Shown piece by piece: positions 21,352 through 30,375 of a DNA stretch of 64,000 nucleotides (position 1 is its first letter; each line of letters begins with the position of its first letter). Source of the DNA: an uncultured Rickettsiales bacterium (GTDB taxonomy: Bacteria > Pseudomonadota > Alphaproteobacteria > Rickettsiales > UBA6187); the NCBI GenBank assembly GCA_964476705.1, contig CAYZBM010000002.1, positions 6,980 to 70,979 of the forward strand. The letters run 5' to 3'. Under the pieces are notes generated by a model. That model did no database searches. It saw only the letters and a list, made by a program, of their open reading frames with translations, and had not been told where the DNA came from. The position numbers and the translations under genes were made by a program.

Positions 21352-21762
21352 TTAGGCGGTATAAAGAAGATTTAATTGAGCTGCTGCTTGCGACAGTTTT
21401 TTGTCTAAGGTGGCAATTTTGCAGCTTCTTCTTAAAGCTAGCTCAAGATATGCGGCGTCATAGGTAGTTAAATCGTGATTTGTAGATAAATAGATTATTT
21501 CGGGGGCATTAAAAGTATAATCTGATTCTATCTCGGTATTATTGAGTAAATTAGTATAAAGTATTAGATCGGTTTTTGTAATGCGATTTCTTCTAAAGCT
21601 CATTAATATAGCATTAGCAGCTTCTATGAAAAATATATTTGGGACTACGGCTTTGAGCTCATTATTAACTAATTTGTCCACTAATCCAAACGATAAGGGA
21701 TTAAATTCATCTTTAAGCATTGCTGAGATAAAAACTGAGCAGTCTATTACTACACTTACCAT
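21352..21762 (-). CDS. vapC: PIN-domain ribonuclease toxin (VapC family)
   Basis: VVIDCSVFISAM provides the N-terminal acidic residue and TYDAAYLELAL is the PIN signature. 7-nt overlap with the upstream antitoxin gene. Confidence 0.85.
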   Translation of the reverse strand: MVSVVIDCSVFISAMLKDEFNPLSFGLVDKLVNNELKAVVPNIFFIEAANAILMSFRRNRITKTDLILYTNLLNNTEIESDYTFNAPEIIYLSTNHDLTTYDAAYLELALRRSCKIATLDKKLSQAAAQLNLLYTA

Positions 21763-22022
21763 TTCCTACCTTCTTCAATCAGGCTTTTTAAATCATCTAT
21801 ATCGGTTGCTATAGGTTTTGCTCTAACTAAATCTCTTAATTCTTTAAAAAAATTAGCTTGTTTTTCACTTTTCTTTTTCCCAGGAGGGGTAAGAATTGCA
21901 ACAGTATTTCCTCGATTAGTGATTGTAAATTCTTCACCATTTTGTACTCGCATAACTATTTCAGAAAGATGAGTTTTTAATTCAAAAATTCCTATAGAGT
22001 TTTCTTCCATTTTTTTACCCAT
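21756..22022 (-). CDS. type II antitoxin, Phd/YefM-like fold, paired with VapC
   Basis: FELKTHLSEIVMRVQNGEEFTITNRGNTVAILTP is a typical Phd/YefM N-terminal domain. 88 aa. The true start may be Met5. Confidence 0.8.
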   Translation of the reverse strand: MGKKMEENSIGIFELKTHLSEIVMRVQNGEEFTITNRGNTVAILTPPGKKKSEKQANFFKELRDLVRAKPIATDIDDLKSLIEEGRKW

Positions 22023-22046
22023 ATAACTAGTTATATAACTAGTTTA
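22023..22046. promoter_or_regulatory. tandem 12-bp palindromes abutting the antitoxin start; putative TA autoregulatory operator
   Basis: ATAACTAGTTAT (perfect palindrome) is immediately followed by ATAACTAGTTTA. Confidence 0.4.
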
Positions 22047-22115
22047 GTTCTAAATAACTGTAAAGTCAAGCTATTCTATGGTTAATAGTCTTTTCCTGCC
22101 TCGAAAGAGCCATTT

Positions 22116-23063
22116 CTATACATAATGCATTGAGGGGCGTGCTCTACTGGAACTGGATTCCAACTGGGTTCTTATTTTACTAGCTTCAGAAATTTTCTTA
22201 GCCATTTCTAAATTTCCCATTTCCTTAGCAAATTGATCCGCAGTTTGATTATTTTTATTTTTTTGAGATAGATCGATATTTTTATTATTTAAAAGATAAT
22301 CAACTATTTTTGGCATATTGCATTTTACGGCCACAAATAATAGATTAGGAGCATTACTATCTAATTTTCTATGGCTATTAATTTCTAAGCTTAAAGGCAG
22401 CAAATAAAGAGCTATATCTTCATATCCTTTTTGCATAGCGGCTATTATTGGAGATATTTGCTGTATATTTGATTTATATTGAAAGTCAGGATTGGCGCCA
22501 TATTGGGTAAGAAGTTTAACCATTTCAAAGTTACCATTAGCAGCTGCGACAGCTAAGTGGGTATAATAATATCCATCATTGGCTTTGGCCATTTTTGAAT
22601 CTAAAATTATTTGTGCAATTTCCTTATATCCTTTAATTGCGCATACAGTTAGACATTGTCTTAAAATAGTAGATAGCTCATCGGAAGTTACTTTAGTATG
22701 CTTAGATATTTGTCTTTCTTTAATTATATTATTTAATCTATTTAAAAATAATTGTGGTTCATTATCTAATGTTGCATCAACTAATGGATTTTTCTTATTT
22801 AAATAGTCTGTAGTAAAAAGTTGAGTGTTATGAAGTGGGCTTATAGGAGATACAGCATTAGTAGTAGAGTCCTTATGAGGTTTATGCTCATTTGGAGCCG
22901 AAAAAGACCTTGTGGTATTTACTAAACGCGAAGGATGTATTAATGTATGATTTAATACTGGAGTTAAGAGATGGCGATCGGTATTTTGTCCTGCCATAAA
23001 TCTTGCGGTAGCAACAGAGGCTGTTGGTAATAATCTTCGGGCTAATACTCTTGCTAGGCTCAT
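22116..23063 (-). CDS. ankyrin-repeat protein with an Arg/Ala-rich, acid-free N-terminal leader
   Basis: At least 3 ANK repeats (HLAVAAANGNFEMVKLLTQYGANPDF; SPIIAAMQKGYEDIALYLL; NLLFVAVKCNMPKIVDYLLNNKNIDLSQKN). The N-terminus is MSLARVLARRLLPTASVATARFMAGQNT. Confidence 0.85.
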   Translation of the reverse strand: MSLARVLARRLLPTASVATARFMAGQNTDRHLLTPVLNHTLIHPSRLVNTTRSFSAPNEHKPHKDSTTNAVSPISPLHNTQLFTTDYLNKKNPLVDATLDNEPQLFLNRLNNIIKERQISKHTKVTSDELSTILRQCLTVCAIKGYKEIAQIILDSKMAKANDGYYYTHLAVAAANGNFEMVKLLTQYGANPDFQYKSNIQQISPIIAAMQKGYEDIALYLLPLSLEINSHRKLDSNAPNLLFVAVKCNMPKIVDYLLNNKNIDLSQKNKNNQTADQFAKEMGNLEMAKKISEASKIRTQLESSSSRARPSMHYV

Positions 23064-23202
23064 TCTTATCTTCCTTTATTTGATTTTGCTTCATTTCTTT
23101 GGTTTGGGTGGTCTGGAGAGCTATGGCTATCTGTAAATAATGTTCTAACCAAGCTATCATTAAAATTATTACCTTTTTCTCCAACTAAATGAGTTTCACT
23201 TA

Positions 23203-23232
23203 TATAGTATTTCATGATTGAAATACCATAAT
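23203..23232 (-). repeat. MITE-1 module D fragment
   Basis: TATAGTATTTCATGATTGAAATACCATAATA matches the reverse complement of 4640-4673. Confidence 0.6.
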
Positions 23233-23289
23233 ACAAAATAATCTATCGTATTTTTATAACAAAATATGCCGATACACAACAAATATAAG

Positions 23290-24009
23290 TTATATAATAG
23301 GGAAAATTCCTTTAAGCAAAAACTGTTCTAAAGAAAATATAAATTTCTCTGTTTGTCCATTCTTAGTGAAGGTAATATTTTTATAATCAATATACGCATC
23401 AATATTGTTGAGATCTTGTATTTTATTTTCTTTAAAAATATCTGGATTAAGAACGGCTAAATTTAGGCCATCTTTATTTCTTGCCGAATAATATAAAATA
23501 CTATCAAAATTATCATCTCTAGCTTTTTTACCTATGGTTTGTGAATATTCATAACTAGCTGGATCTGATATTTTGCTCTTTAATTTTTTCCATATTTTAT
23601 CACTTAAATTTAAATTAGCTTTATTTTCAACTAATACCGAAAAAGCAGTATATTGTACTACTGATGGCCTTAAGACGGCGTCACTATCAAGTAAAAAACG
23701 GAAACGATAATAAGCAGCTTCTGATAACATAGTATGCTGATCGAGACTGGCATAAAATATTCCACTTTCTTGTGCTGATCCGAATCTTGAGCCGTGATTT
23801 AATGGTGGATAGCGAAAAGGAGTTTTTAGTAAATAATGAAATGAATCTGCTTTTGCCAAAGTTGGATAGGGAGGTTTATTATTGTCAATTAATTCTTCTA
23901 GAATTTCTTGCTCTAAATCAGAGTCAACAAGTTGCCTAGTTGCTATATAGGATTGAGCCTCAACAATTCTATAAACTTTGTTTTTAAAATATGATTTAAT
24001 TAATTTCAT
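23290..24009 (-). CDS. RES-domain toxin (NAD+-targeting toxin family)
   Basis: GSRFGSAQESGIFYASLDQHTMLSEAAYY and YYSARN supply the R, E and S signature residues. It lies directly downstream of an Xre/DUF2384-type antitoxin. Confidence 0.8.
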   Translation of the reverse strand: MKLIKSYFKNKVYRIVEAQSYIATRQLVDSDLEQEILEELIDNNKPPYPTLAKADSFHYLLKTPFRYPPLNHGSRFGSAQESGIFYASLDQHTMLSEAAYYRFRFLLDSDAVLRPSVVQYTAFSVLVENKANLNLSDKIWKKLKSKISDPASYEYSQTIGKKARDDNFDSILYYSARNKDGLNLAVLNPDIFKENKIQDLNNIDAYIDYKNITFTKNGQTEKFIFSLEQFLLKGIFPII

Positions 24010-24038
24010 TGGAGATATAGTATTTTAATTTAAAAGAA

Positions 24039-24437
24039 TTATATTTTGCCTCTGATGCTATCTAGATAATTAACTACTTTTACCATTCCACTTATGGTTT
24101 TCATTAATTCTAAGGGAATACCATTTAAAGATTTATTATTACTTCTTAGCCATTGTTTTTCATTTTCCAATACATTACCTAAAATGGCATCTAAGGCTCT
24201 AAAGATGCGGATGAATAATAAAACTAGTTCCCCTTCCTTGCTCTTAGGGTTAATACCCTTATCTTTATTACTAGAAAGCCGACTAATAGTTGCTTCGCTT
24301 GAGCCAATTATACTAGCTAAATCTTTATTACTTAAATCCCATAATTTGGCTGCCTTAAATAAGGCTTTTTTAAGAACTAATTCTTGGGATGGTTTAATGT
24401 CTTTTCTTTTCATAGAGCTAATAAAAATATATTTCAT
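24039..24437 (-). CDS. Xre-family antitoxin with C-terminal toxin-binding (DUF2384-like) domain
   Basis: HTH segment LASIIGSSEATISRL. C-terminal WLRSNNKSLNGIPLELMKTISGMVKVVNYLDSIRG is typical of MbcA/ParS/Xre antitoxins. Confidence 0.78.
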   Translation of the reverse strand: MKYIFISSMKRKDIKPSQELVLKKALFKAAKLWDLSNKDLASIIGSSEATISRLSSNKDKGINPKSKEGELVLLFIRIFRALDAILGNVLENEKQWLRSNNKSLNGIPLELMKTISGMVKVVNYLDSIRGKI

Positions 24438-24543
24438 ATGAAATTATAGCATAAAAATTTTGCAAATGCAATAGATATGTTTAAGTTTAAATATTAATGC
24501 AATATTAACATTTTTCACGGGTAACTAATTAATATTAAGAAAA

Positions 24544-25335
24544 TTAACTATAAGGCGGGCAATTAAACCCCTTAGGCGAAGAAGTAAAGATCTCAAACCC
24601 ATCTTTAGTCACGCCTAAACTATGTTCAAATTGAGCGGAGAGAGATTTATCTTTAGTCCATACTGTCCAGCCATCTTTTTGATTAAGTACAGTATGGTAA
24701 TTACCAATATTGACCATAGGTTCTATAGTAAAAAACATTCCTTCCTCAAGTACAGTTCCAGTTCCAGGAGTTCCAAAATGCATTATATTAGGTTCGGTAT
24801 GAAATATTCTTCCTAAGCCATGGCCGCAATAATCACGAACAACTGAGTAATTATGTTTTTCAACATAGGTTTGGATAGCATGGCCAATATCACCTAATCT
24901 TTTACCGGGCTTTACTTGCTCAATACCTAACATCATTGCTTCGTATGTAATTTTACATAAACGTCTAGCTTTAATTGAAGGCTCGCCTACAAAATACATC
25001 CGGCTAGTATCGCCATGCCAACCATCTACAATAACTGTGACATCGATATTAACTATATCGCCATCTTTGAGTTTGCGGTCGTCTGGTATACCATGGCAAA
25101 CTACATGGTTAACTGAGGTGCAAATAGATTTGGGAAAACCGCGATAACCAAGTGGAGCAGGTATTGCATTATTTTGGATAATCATATCATGACAAAGCTG
25201 GTTTAGCTTATTGGTATCAACACCAGGCTTAACATAATCTTTAATAAAGTCTAGAACCTGGGCGGCAAGCAATCCTGCTTTACGCATGGCAATAAAATCT
25301 TCTTTATTATGTATCTCTATTTTACTTTGCAACAT
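24544..25335 (-). CDS. map: methionine aminopeptidase, type I
   Basis: Metal ligands in context (DIVNIDVT, GHGLG, TIEP, FEH). 263 aa. Confidence 0.96.
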   Translation of the reverse strand: MLQSKIEIHNKEDFIAMRKAGLLAAQVLDFIKDYVKPGVDTNKLNQLCHDMIIQNNAIPAPLGYRGFPKSICTSVNHVVCHGIPDDRKLKDGDIVNIDVTVIVDGWHGDTSRMYFVGEPSIKARRLCKITYEAMMLGIEQVKPGKRLGDIGHAIQTYVEKHNYSVVRDYCGHGLGRIFHTEPNIMHFGTPGTGTVLEEGMFFTIEPMVNIGNYHTVLNQKDGWTVWTKDKSLSAQFEHSLGVTKDGFEIFTSSPKGFNCPPYS

Positions 25336-25439
25336 TTTAGTTTAATTACCTTGTAAGATGGGCTTTAAATATGTATTTTTAAAGATTATAACACGGAGTC
25401 TAGTATATACAATTAATATTTAAAATAATGAGATAAAAA

Positions 25440-26162
25440 GTGATAGTTACAGCCGCAGTTATTGTTATAGGTAATGAGATTTTATCTGGAAGAACTCAAG
25501 ATAGAAACATCAATTTTATTGCTTTAGAATTAGTTGCTTTGGGAATAAAACTGCAAGAGATTAGGGTTATTCCTGATATACATGAAACTATAGTTGAGGT
25601 AGTTAGAGAATTATCCGCTAAATATAACTATATTTTTACTACCGGTGGAATTGGACCTACTCACGATGATATTACAACTGAGGCTGTAGCTGCGGCATTT
25701 AATGTGAGCTTATATCGGCATCCAGAGGCGGTTAAAAGCCTAGCTGATTATTATGGTGCGGATGGACTAACTGCCGCTCGATTAAAAATGGCCGATGTAC
25801 CAGATGGTGCAGAATTGATTCCTAATTCCGTAAGTTCAGCCCCTGGATATAAAAAAGAAAATGTTTATGTTATGGCCGGAATTCCTAAAATTATGCAAGA
25901 GATGTTTTTAAGTGCAAAGAAATATCTAAAAGGCGGTAATGTTACAAAATCAGAAGAGGTTTCTGCATATGTTTCTGAAAGTAAAATTGCTGGAGATTTA
26001 AGTCTAATTCAAGATAGATTTAGTAATGTTGAAATAGGTAGTTATCCTTTTAGTGAAAATGGTAAATATGGCGTTAGTATAGTACTAAGGTCTGATGATG
26101 AGAAGTCTTTAGCTAAGGCTAAAGAAGAGGTGATTTTAATGTTTGCAAGTATTACAAGCTAA
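25440..26162 (+). CDS. CinA-like MoCF-biosynthesis (molybdopterin-binding) domain protein
   Basis: IVIGNEILSGRTQDRN and TTGGIGPTHDDIT motifs. GTG start. Confidence 0.85.
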   Translation: MIVTAAVIVIGNEILSGRTQDRNINFIALELVALGIKLQEIRVIPDIHETIVEVVRELSAKYNYIFTTGGIGPTHDDITTEAVAAAFNVSLYRHPEAVKSLADYYGADGLTAARLKMADVPDGAELIPNSVSSAPGYKKENVYVMAGIPKIMQEMFLSAKKYLKGGNVTKSEEVSAYVSESKIAGDLSLIQDRFSNVEIGSYPFSENGKYGVSIVLRSDDEKSLAKAKEEVILMFASITS

Positions 26163-26182
26163 ACTAAAGTTGGGTAATTATT

Positions 26183-26629
26183 CTAGAACTCCATTTTAAA
26201 ACCAATTTTAGGCGCAGTAAATTTTTTTTCTAAACCAAAAGAAAAGAAGAACTTTTTATTTTTAGTTTCAAATAATTTAGTTTCCGCACTAATACTTTTA
26301 TTCCGACGATAAAAAGTTACGATCCTAGTTTCTTCTTTTTTGTTAGGCTCGCTGAAATTTTTTACCTTACCTAATTTTATAGCTCCTAGATTTGACCTTC
26401 TTACATTGCTTGATTGATCTTGTGCATATTCTTTTTTTAATTCGCGACTAGTTAAATATTCTAGTTTTGTATCTCCAAAAGAGTCAATTTTGGCAACTCT
26501 AGTTTTTATATTATTTTGTAAGTTACTACGAAATTGTTCTGGGGTATAAGCACAGCCTGACATGATAATTGATGTTAGCATCATTAGTAGAAAACGTTCT
26601 ATTAAATAAAATATCAGTTTGTTACGCAT
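26183..26629 (-). CDS. putative lipoprotein, hypothetical
   Basis: Hydrophobic leader ends in the lipobox-like IIMSGC. No other recognisable motif. Confidence 0.5.
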   Translation of the reverse strand: MRNKLIFYLIERFLLMMLTSIIMSGCAYTPEQFRSNLQNNIKTRVAKIDSFGDTKLEYLTSRELKKEYAQDQSSNVRRSNLGAIKLGKVKNFSEPNKKEETRIVTFYRRNKSISAETKLFETKNKKFFFSFGLEKKFTAPKIGFKMEF

Positions 26630-26814
26630 ATATATAACTAAATAACAATACTCCTTTCTATTACTTATATTATACCATATTTTCTTAATTTTTTCATGAT
26701 TTGTTCCGATTTATAGGGAATATAGTGCTAATATTATTCTTGACAATTATAGTTAAATATGCTAGTTAAAGGCTTTATTGGCATATAAAGCTTTTTCGCC
26801 TTAAGGGTTTGATT

Positions 26815-27522
26815 ATGTATAGATTAAAAACTTTAGGTTTTTCCTTAGTTGAGCTAGCCATTACCTTGGTTATTATTTCTCTAATTATTGCAGCTATTAC
26901 AAGCGGGAACTATCTGCTTAAGGCTGCACGCATCAACAAAGTTATTAGTGAAATATCTGGCTACAAATCTGCCATAGATAATTTTAAACAAAAATACCAA
27001 GCAATGCCAGGAGACATGCCAAATGCAGTTAATTTCTGGCCAAATTCTTATAATGGTAATGGTAATGAAAAAATCGAAGGGGTTTTAACTGAATCATTAT
27101 GGGCTTGGCAGCATTTAAAAAATGCTAATATGATTGCAGGAAACTATAACGGTATTAAAGTTCCGCCTAGCGATTTTGCCATTGATATTAATGTGCCCAA
27201 AAGTACTATTGATAATACTTATTATTTTATTTCTTATGATAATTTTTATGGCCATAAAGGAAATAATTTACAATTGGTAACCACCAGTAATAATCTTCAT
27301 CCGACTGGAGGAGCTATAAGTGCAAGTGACGCCAGCATTATTGACAAGAAATTAGATAAAGAAGCAAATTCAGCTAATGGTAATTTTTTTGTAGTTAGAG
27401 CTGAAGCAAATAAAAATATAGATAATTCTTGTGTTTCATCTAATTATGAAATTGCAACTACTACGTCTTATGTAAATAGTGATTATACCGAATCTTGTCG
27501 TTTAGTATTATGGCTTGAGTAA
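26815..27522 (+). CDS. prepilin-type N-terminal cleavage/methylation domain protein (type IV pilin/pseudopilin-like)
   Basis: MYRLKTLG|FSLVELAITLVIISLIIAAI has a short basic leader, G-1, F+1 and E+5. I chose the ATG at 26815 over the TTG at 26809. Confidence 0.85.
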   Translation: MYRLKTLGFSLVELAITLVIISLIIAAITSGNYLLKAARINKVISEISGYKSAIDNFKQKYQAMPGDMPNAVNFWPNSYNGNGNEKIEGVLTESLWAWQHLKNANMIAGNYNGIKVPPSDFAIDINVPKSTIDNTYYFISYDNFYGHKGNNLQLVTTSNNLHPTGGAISASDASIIDKKLDKEANSANGNFFVVRAEANKNIDNSCVSSNYEIATTTSYVNSDYTESCRLVLWLE

Positions 27523-27523
27523 A

Positions 27524-27650
27524 TATAGCAGATCAAGCAATGATTTTCCACTTTATTTACTTACATAAATCATTGCTATGATGCTGCATATCCCAGATTT
27601 AGTCTGGGATCTATAAAAAATTTAGGTAACTGCAAGCTTTAACTGCTATA
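27524..27650 (+). mobile_element. MITE-1 family copy (modules A-B), starting 2 nt after the pilin stop codon
   Basis: TATAGCAGATCAAGCAATGATTTTCC...CCCAGATTTAGTCTGGG...GCAAGCTTTAACTGCTATA. TIR is TATAGCAG/CTGCTATA. Confidence 0.85.
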
Positions 27651-27742
27651 AAGATTAATTGCTTGAATTATATCTTTATTTTAATATAATGCACCCCCCA
27701 TTTTATTACCTATTAAAAATTCTCCTCTAAAGCGTAAAGACT

Positions 27743-29584
27743 ATGATAACAGATAATGACCTTACTTTACCAAAAAATATCGGCGGATTTATTTGGTATT
27801 TTGTTAAAAAACAAAAATGGTGGCTATTTGCCATTCAGATTTTATGTTTTGCTTGGACTTTAGATTTTACGGTTTGGCCGCAGATATTAAAAAATATGAT
27901 AGATAGTTTAATTTCTATTTCGGCTGATAAAAGTCAAATGTGGATTCTGTTAAAAGATCCGATTATATTTATGCTTTGTTTTTGGCTAGTAATAGAATTT
28001 TCTTTTCGGATTCAAGGTTTTTTAATTGCTAGAACTTTTCCAAAAATAGAATCTATGGTTAGAATGAGTATGTTTTCGTATATAGAGCAGCATTCTTACC
28101 GTTATTTTAGCAATCACTTTGCTGGCGATATCTCTAATAAGATTAGCGATATTAGTGGTAGTATTACTAATATTTTGCGGATGATAATAACTTTGTTTAT
28201 TCCGGTATTAGCAGGTTTCATAATCGCTACCTCAATTTTTGCTTCGATGCATTATCAATTTGCCTTAATTTTAGCAACTTGGATTATTATACATATAAGT
28301 ATATGTTTATTAAATGCCAAAAAGAGTAATGAACTTTCTATGCAGCATTCGGATTTAAGAAGTAATTTATCGGGCGCGATAGTTGATAATCTGAGTAATA
28401 TTATTAATGTAAAATTATTTGCAAGCCGGGTTTTTGAATATTCTTATATTAACAAGAAGCAAGATATTGAGCTAGCGGCCCATAGAAAATCTTTATTCTA
28501 TATTGAAAAAATTAAAATCCTGTTAGGCCTGTCTACCTTTATGTTTCCTGGAGTAATTATTACAGGTTACATGCTATATTCTTATAAAAATAATCTGATT
28601 ACTATAGGTGATGTAGTTTTAATTTTTACTACTACTTGGAATATTACTATGATGGCTTGGTTTGCTGGTTTAGAATTTCCTATTTTATTCAAAGAGATCG
28701 GAGTTTGTAATCAAGCACTTAAATTAATTAAAGTTGAGCATGAAATAAAAGACTCAACCGATGCTCATGAATTGCAGGTAAAAAAAGGCGAGATTGAATT
28801 TGCTAATGTTAAGTTTGCTTATAGTAAAGATAGAGCTTTATTTAATGATAAGACAGTTATTATAAAAGCTGGAGAAAAGGTTGGGCTAGTAGGTTTATCT
28901 GGATCTGGCAAAACTAGTTTTGTAAATTTAATTATTAGATTTTTTGATGTTGATGAGGGCGCCATAAAAATTGATGGTACGGATATTAGAGAAGTAACTT
29001 TAGATTCCTTACGCCGCAATATTGCCATGATTCCTCAAGATCCTAGTTTGTTTCACCGGAGTATCGCTGAAAATATTTTATATGGTAGGGAAGATGCAAC
29101 TAAAGAAGAGATGATAGATGCCGCAATCAAAGCTAACTGCCATAATTTTGTCGATAATCTAGTTGATACTTCAGACCCAGGAAATGTTAAATATGCTTAT
29201 GACGTAACTGTGGGTGAAAGAGGGATTAAATTATCTGGTGGCGAAAGGCAAAGAATAGCAATTGCCAGGGCAATTTTAAAAAATGCACCAATTTTAATTA
29301 TGGATGAAGCAACTAGCGCTCTTGATTCTGAAACTGAAAGTAAAATTCAAGAAAGTTTAGAACATTTAATGAAAAATAAAACTACCATAGTTATTGCGCA
29401 TAGGCTTTCTACTTTAGTTAAGATGGATAGAATTTTAGTTTTTGCTAATGGTGGTATTGTTGAAGATGGCAGCCATAAAAAACTTATAGATTCTGGCGGA
29501 CATTATTCCTTACTGTGGAAAATGCAATCTGGGGGCTTTTTACCGGAGAAGCTTGTCTCGGGCTTAGACCCTGGATCCATCTGA
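27743..29584 (+). CDS. ABC exporter, fused permease/ATPase (MsbA/MdlB-like)
   Basis: Six-TM N-terminal domain. Walker A GLSGSGKTS, signature LSGGERQR and Walker B ILIMDEATSALD. Confidence 0.92.
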   Translation: MITDNDLTLPKNIGGFIWYFVKKQKWWLFAIQILCFAWTLDFTVWPQILKNMIDSLISISADKSQMWILLKDPIIFMLCFWLVIEFSFRIQGFLIARTFPKIESMVRMSMFSYIEQHSYRYFSNHFAGDISNKISDISGSITNILRMIITLFIPVLAGFIIATSIFASMHYQFALILATWIIIHISICLLNAKKSNELSMQHSDLRSNLSGAIVDNLSNIINVKLFASRVFEYSYINKKQDIELAAHRKSLFYIEKIKILLGLSTFMFPGVIITGYMLYSYKNNLITIGDVVLIFTTTWNITMMAWFAGLEFPILFKEIGVCNQALKLIKVEHEIKDSTDAHELQVKKGEIEFANVKFAYSKDRALFNDKTVIIKAGEKVGLVGLSGSGKTSFVNLIIRFFDVDEGAIKIDGTDIREVTLDSLRRNIAMIPQDPSLFHRSIAENILYGREDATKEEMIDAAIKANCHNFVDNLVDTSDPGNVKYAYDVTVGERGIKLSGGERQRIAIARAILKNAPILIMDEATSALDSETESKIQESLEHLMKNKTTIVIAHRLSTLVKMDRILVFANGGIVEDGSHKKLIDSGGHYSLLWKMQSGGFLPEKLVSGLDPGSI

Positions 29585-29662
29585 AATTAGATCATGGGTT
29601 TGTATAGGTTTCTGGTAAAATATATTTAGAATAAACATTTGCTTATTGAAGATAAAAATATT

Positions 29663-30364
29663 CTATTTAGGCAATTTTTTTAGCCGCTCTTTAATAAAAT
29701 AATGCATAAAATTAAGCTCACCTTCGCTTATATTATCGGCATTATCAATGATGTTTTGGATTATATATAAAGCCTCATTCATTTCTCCACGTTGTTCATG
29801 AATAAGAGCGGGCATTTGTTTTACCCAGAGAGGAACATTATTTAGTGGGGTCTTGCTGAGCTTATAAGCTAGTTTTAAAGCTAGATCTTGATTTTTGAGC
29901 TTATGACCTGCAAGATAAACAGCTTGGCTCATCCACCACCATTTATGGCTTAAATCGTGTTCTGAATGTTCATCAAGATAGTTTATTATATATCTAACAT
30001 CAGCTGTTCTTTGGGTTTGGCTATAATAGTAACTAGCCATAGAAGGAACATAGTTTGATTTATGGTCGAGAGTATCTAGTAAAGAAAACCAATTATATAG
30101 TTTTTTATAATTATAATCTTTTAAAGCAGTGAACCTACCAAAGCTATCTCCAGCATTTTGTAAACGATAGGCTAGTAAACGAAAATAAAATTCTTCATCA
30201 CCAAAAGCAAAAGCTTTAACGGATAATTTACTCGGTACATCAGGAACTATAGACAAATTAGGCTTATATTCTTTACTTACATTCCAAAATAAAACTTGAG
30301 TTATAAGAATAATAATAAAGATACAGCCTATAATATTTATTTTGGGAAAAGAAATTAATTTCAT
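29663..30364 (-). CDS. hypothetical membrane-anchored protein (233 aa)
   Basis: Single N-terminal TM (IIGCIFIIILITQVLFW) followed by a helical, Trp/Tyr-rich domain. Probably co-oriented in one operon with the two upstream genes. Confidence 0.6.
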   Translation of the reverse strand: MKLISFPKINIIGCIFIIILITQVLFWNVSKEYKPNLSIVPDVPSKLSVKAFAFGDEEFYFRLLAYRLQNAGDSFGRFTALKDYNYKKLYNWFSLLDTLDHKSNYVPSMASYYYSQTQRTADVRYIINYLDEHSEHDLSHKWWWMSQAVYLAGHKLKNQDLALKLAYKLSKTPLNNVPLWVKQMPALIHEQRGEMNEALYIIQNIIDNADNISEGELNFMHYFIKERLKKLPK

Positions 30365-30375
30365 ATTATATGCTT

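Noticed and set aside
22888-23184. 98-aa minus-strand ORF overlapping the 5' end of the ankyrin gene
   Set aside because: It is out of frame with, and largely overlaps, the ankyrin ORF. Its unique part is only ~40 codons of spacer with no RBS or motif.
24094-24441. 115-aa plus-strand ORF overlapping the Xre antitoxin gene
   Set aside because: The minus-strand product has clear HTH and DUF2384-like motifs and the correct TA gene order. The plus-strand product has no motifs.
21214-24543. Classical tRNA-Phe-integrated genomic island
   Set aside because: The accessory genes lie on the 5' side of the tRNA, not the 3' side. I could find no direct repeat of the tRNA 3' end, and there is no integrase. 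I kept it only as an accessory islet of unclear origin.
29530-29584. C-terminal 14 residues of the ABC exporter (LPEKLVSGLDPGSI) being derived from a repeat fragment (GGGCTTAGACCCTGGATCC resembles the CCGGATTAAATCCTGGA core)
   Set aside because: Similarity is short (about 13 of 17 nt) and there are no flanking element termini. It is too weak to call.
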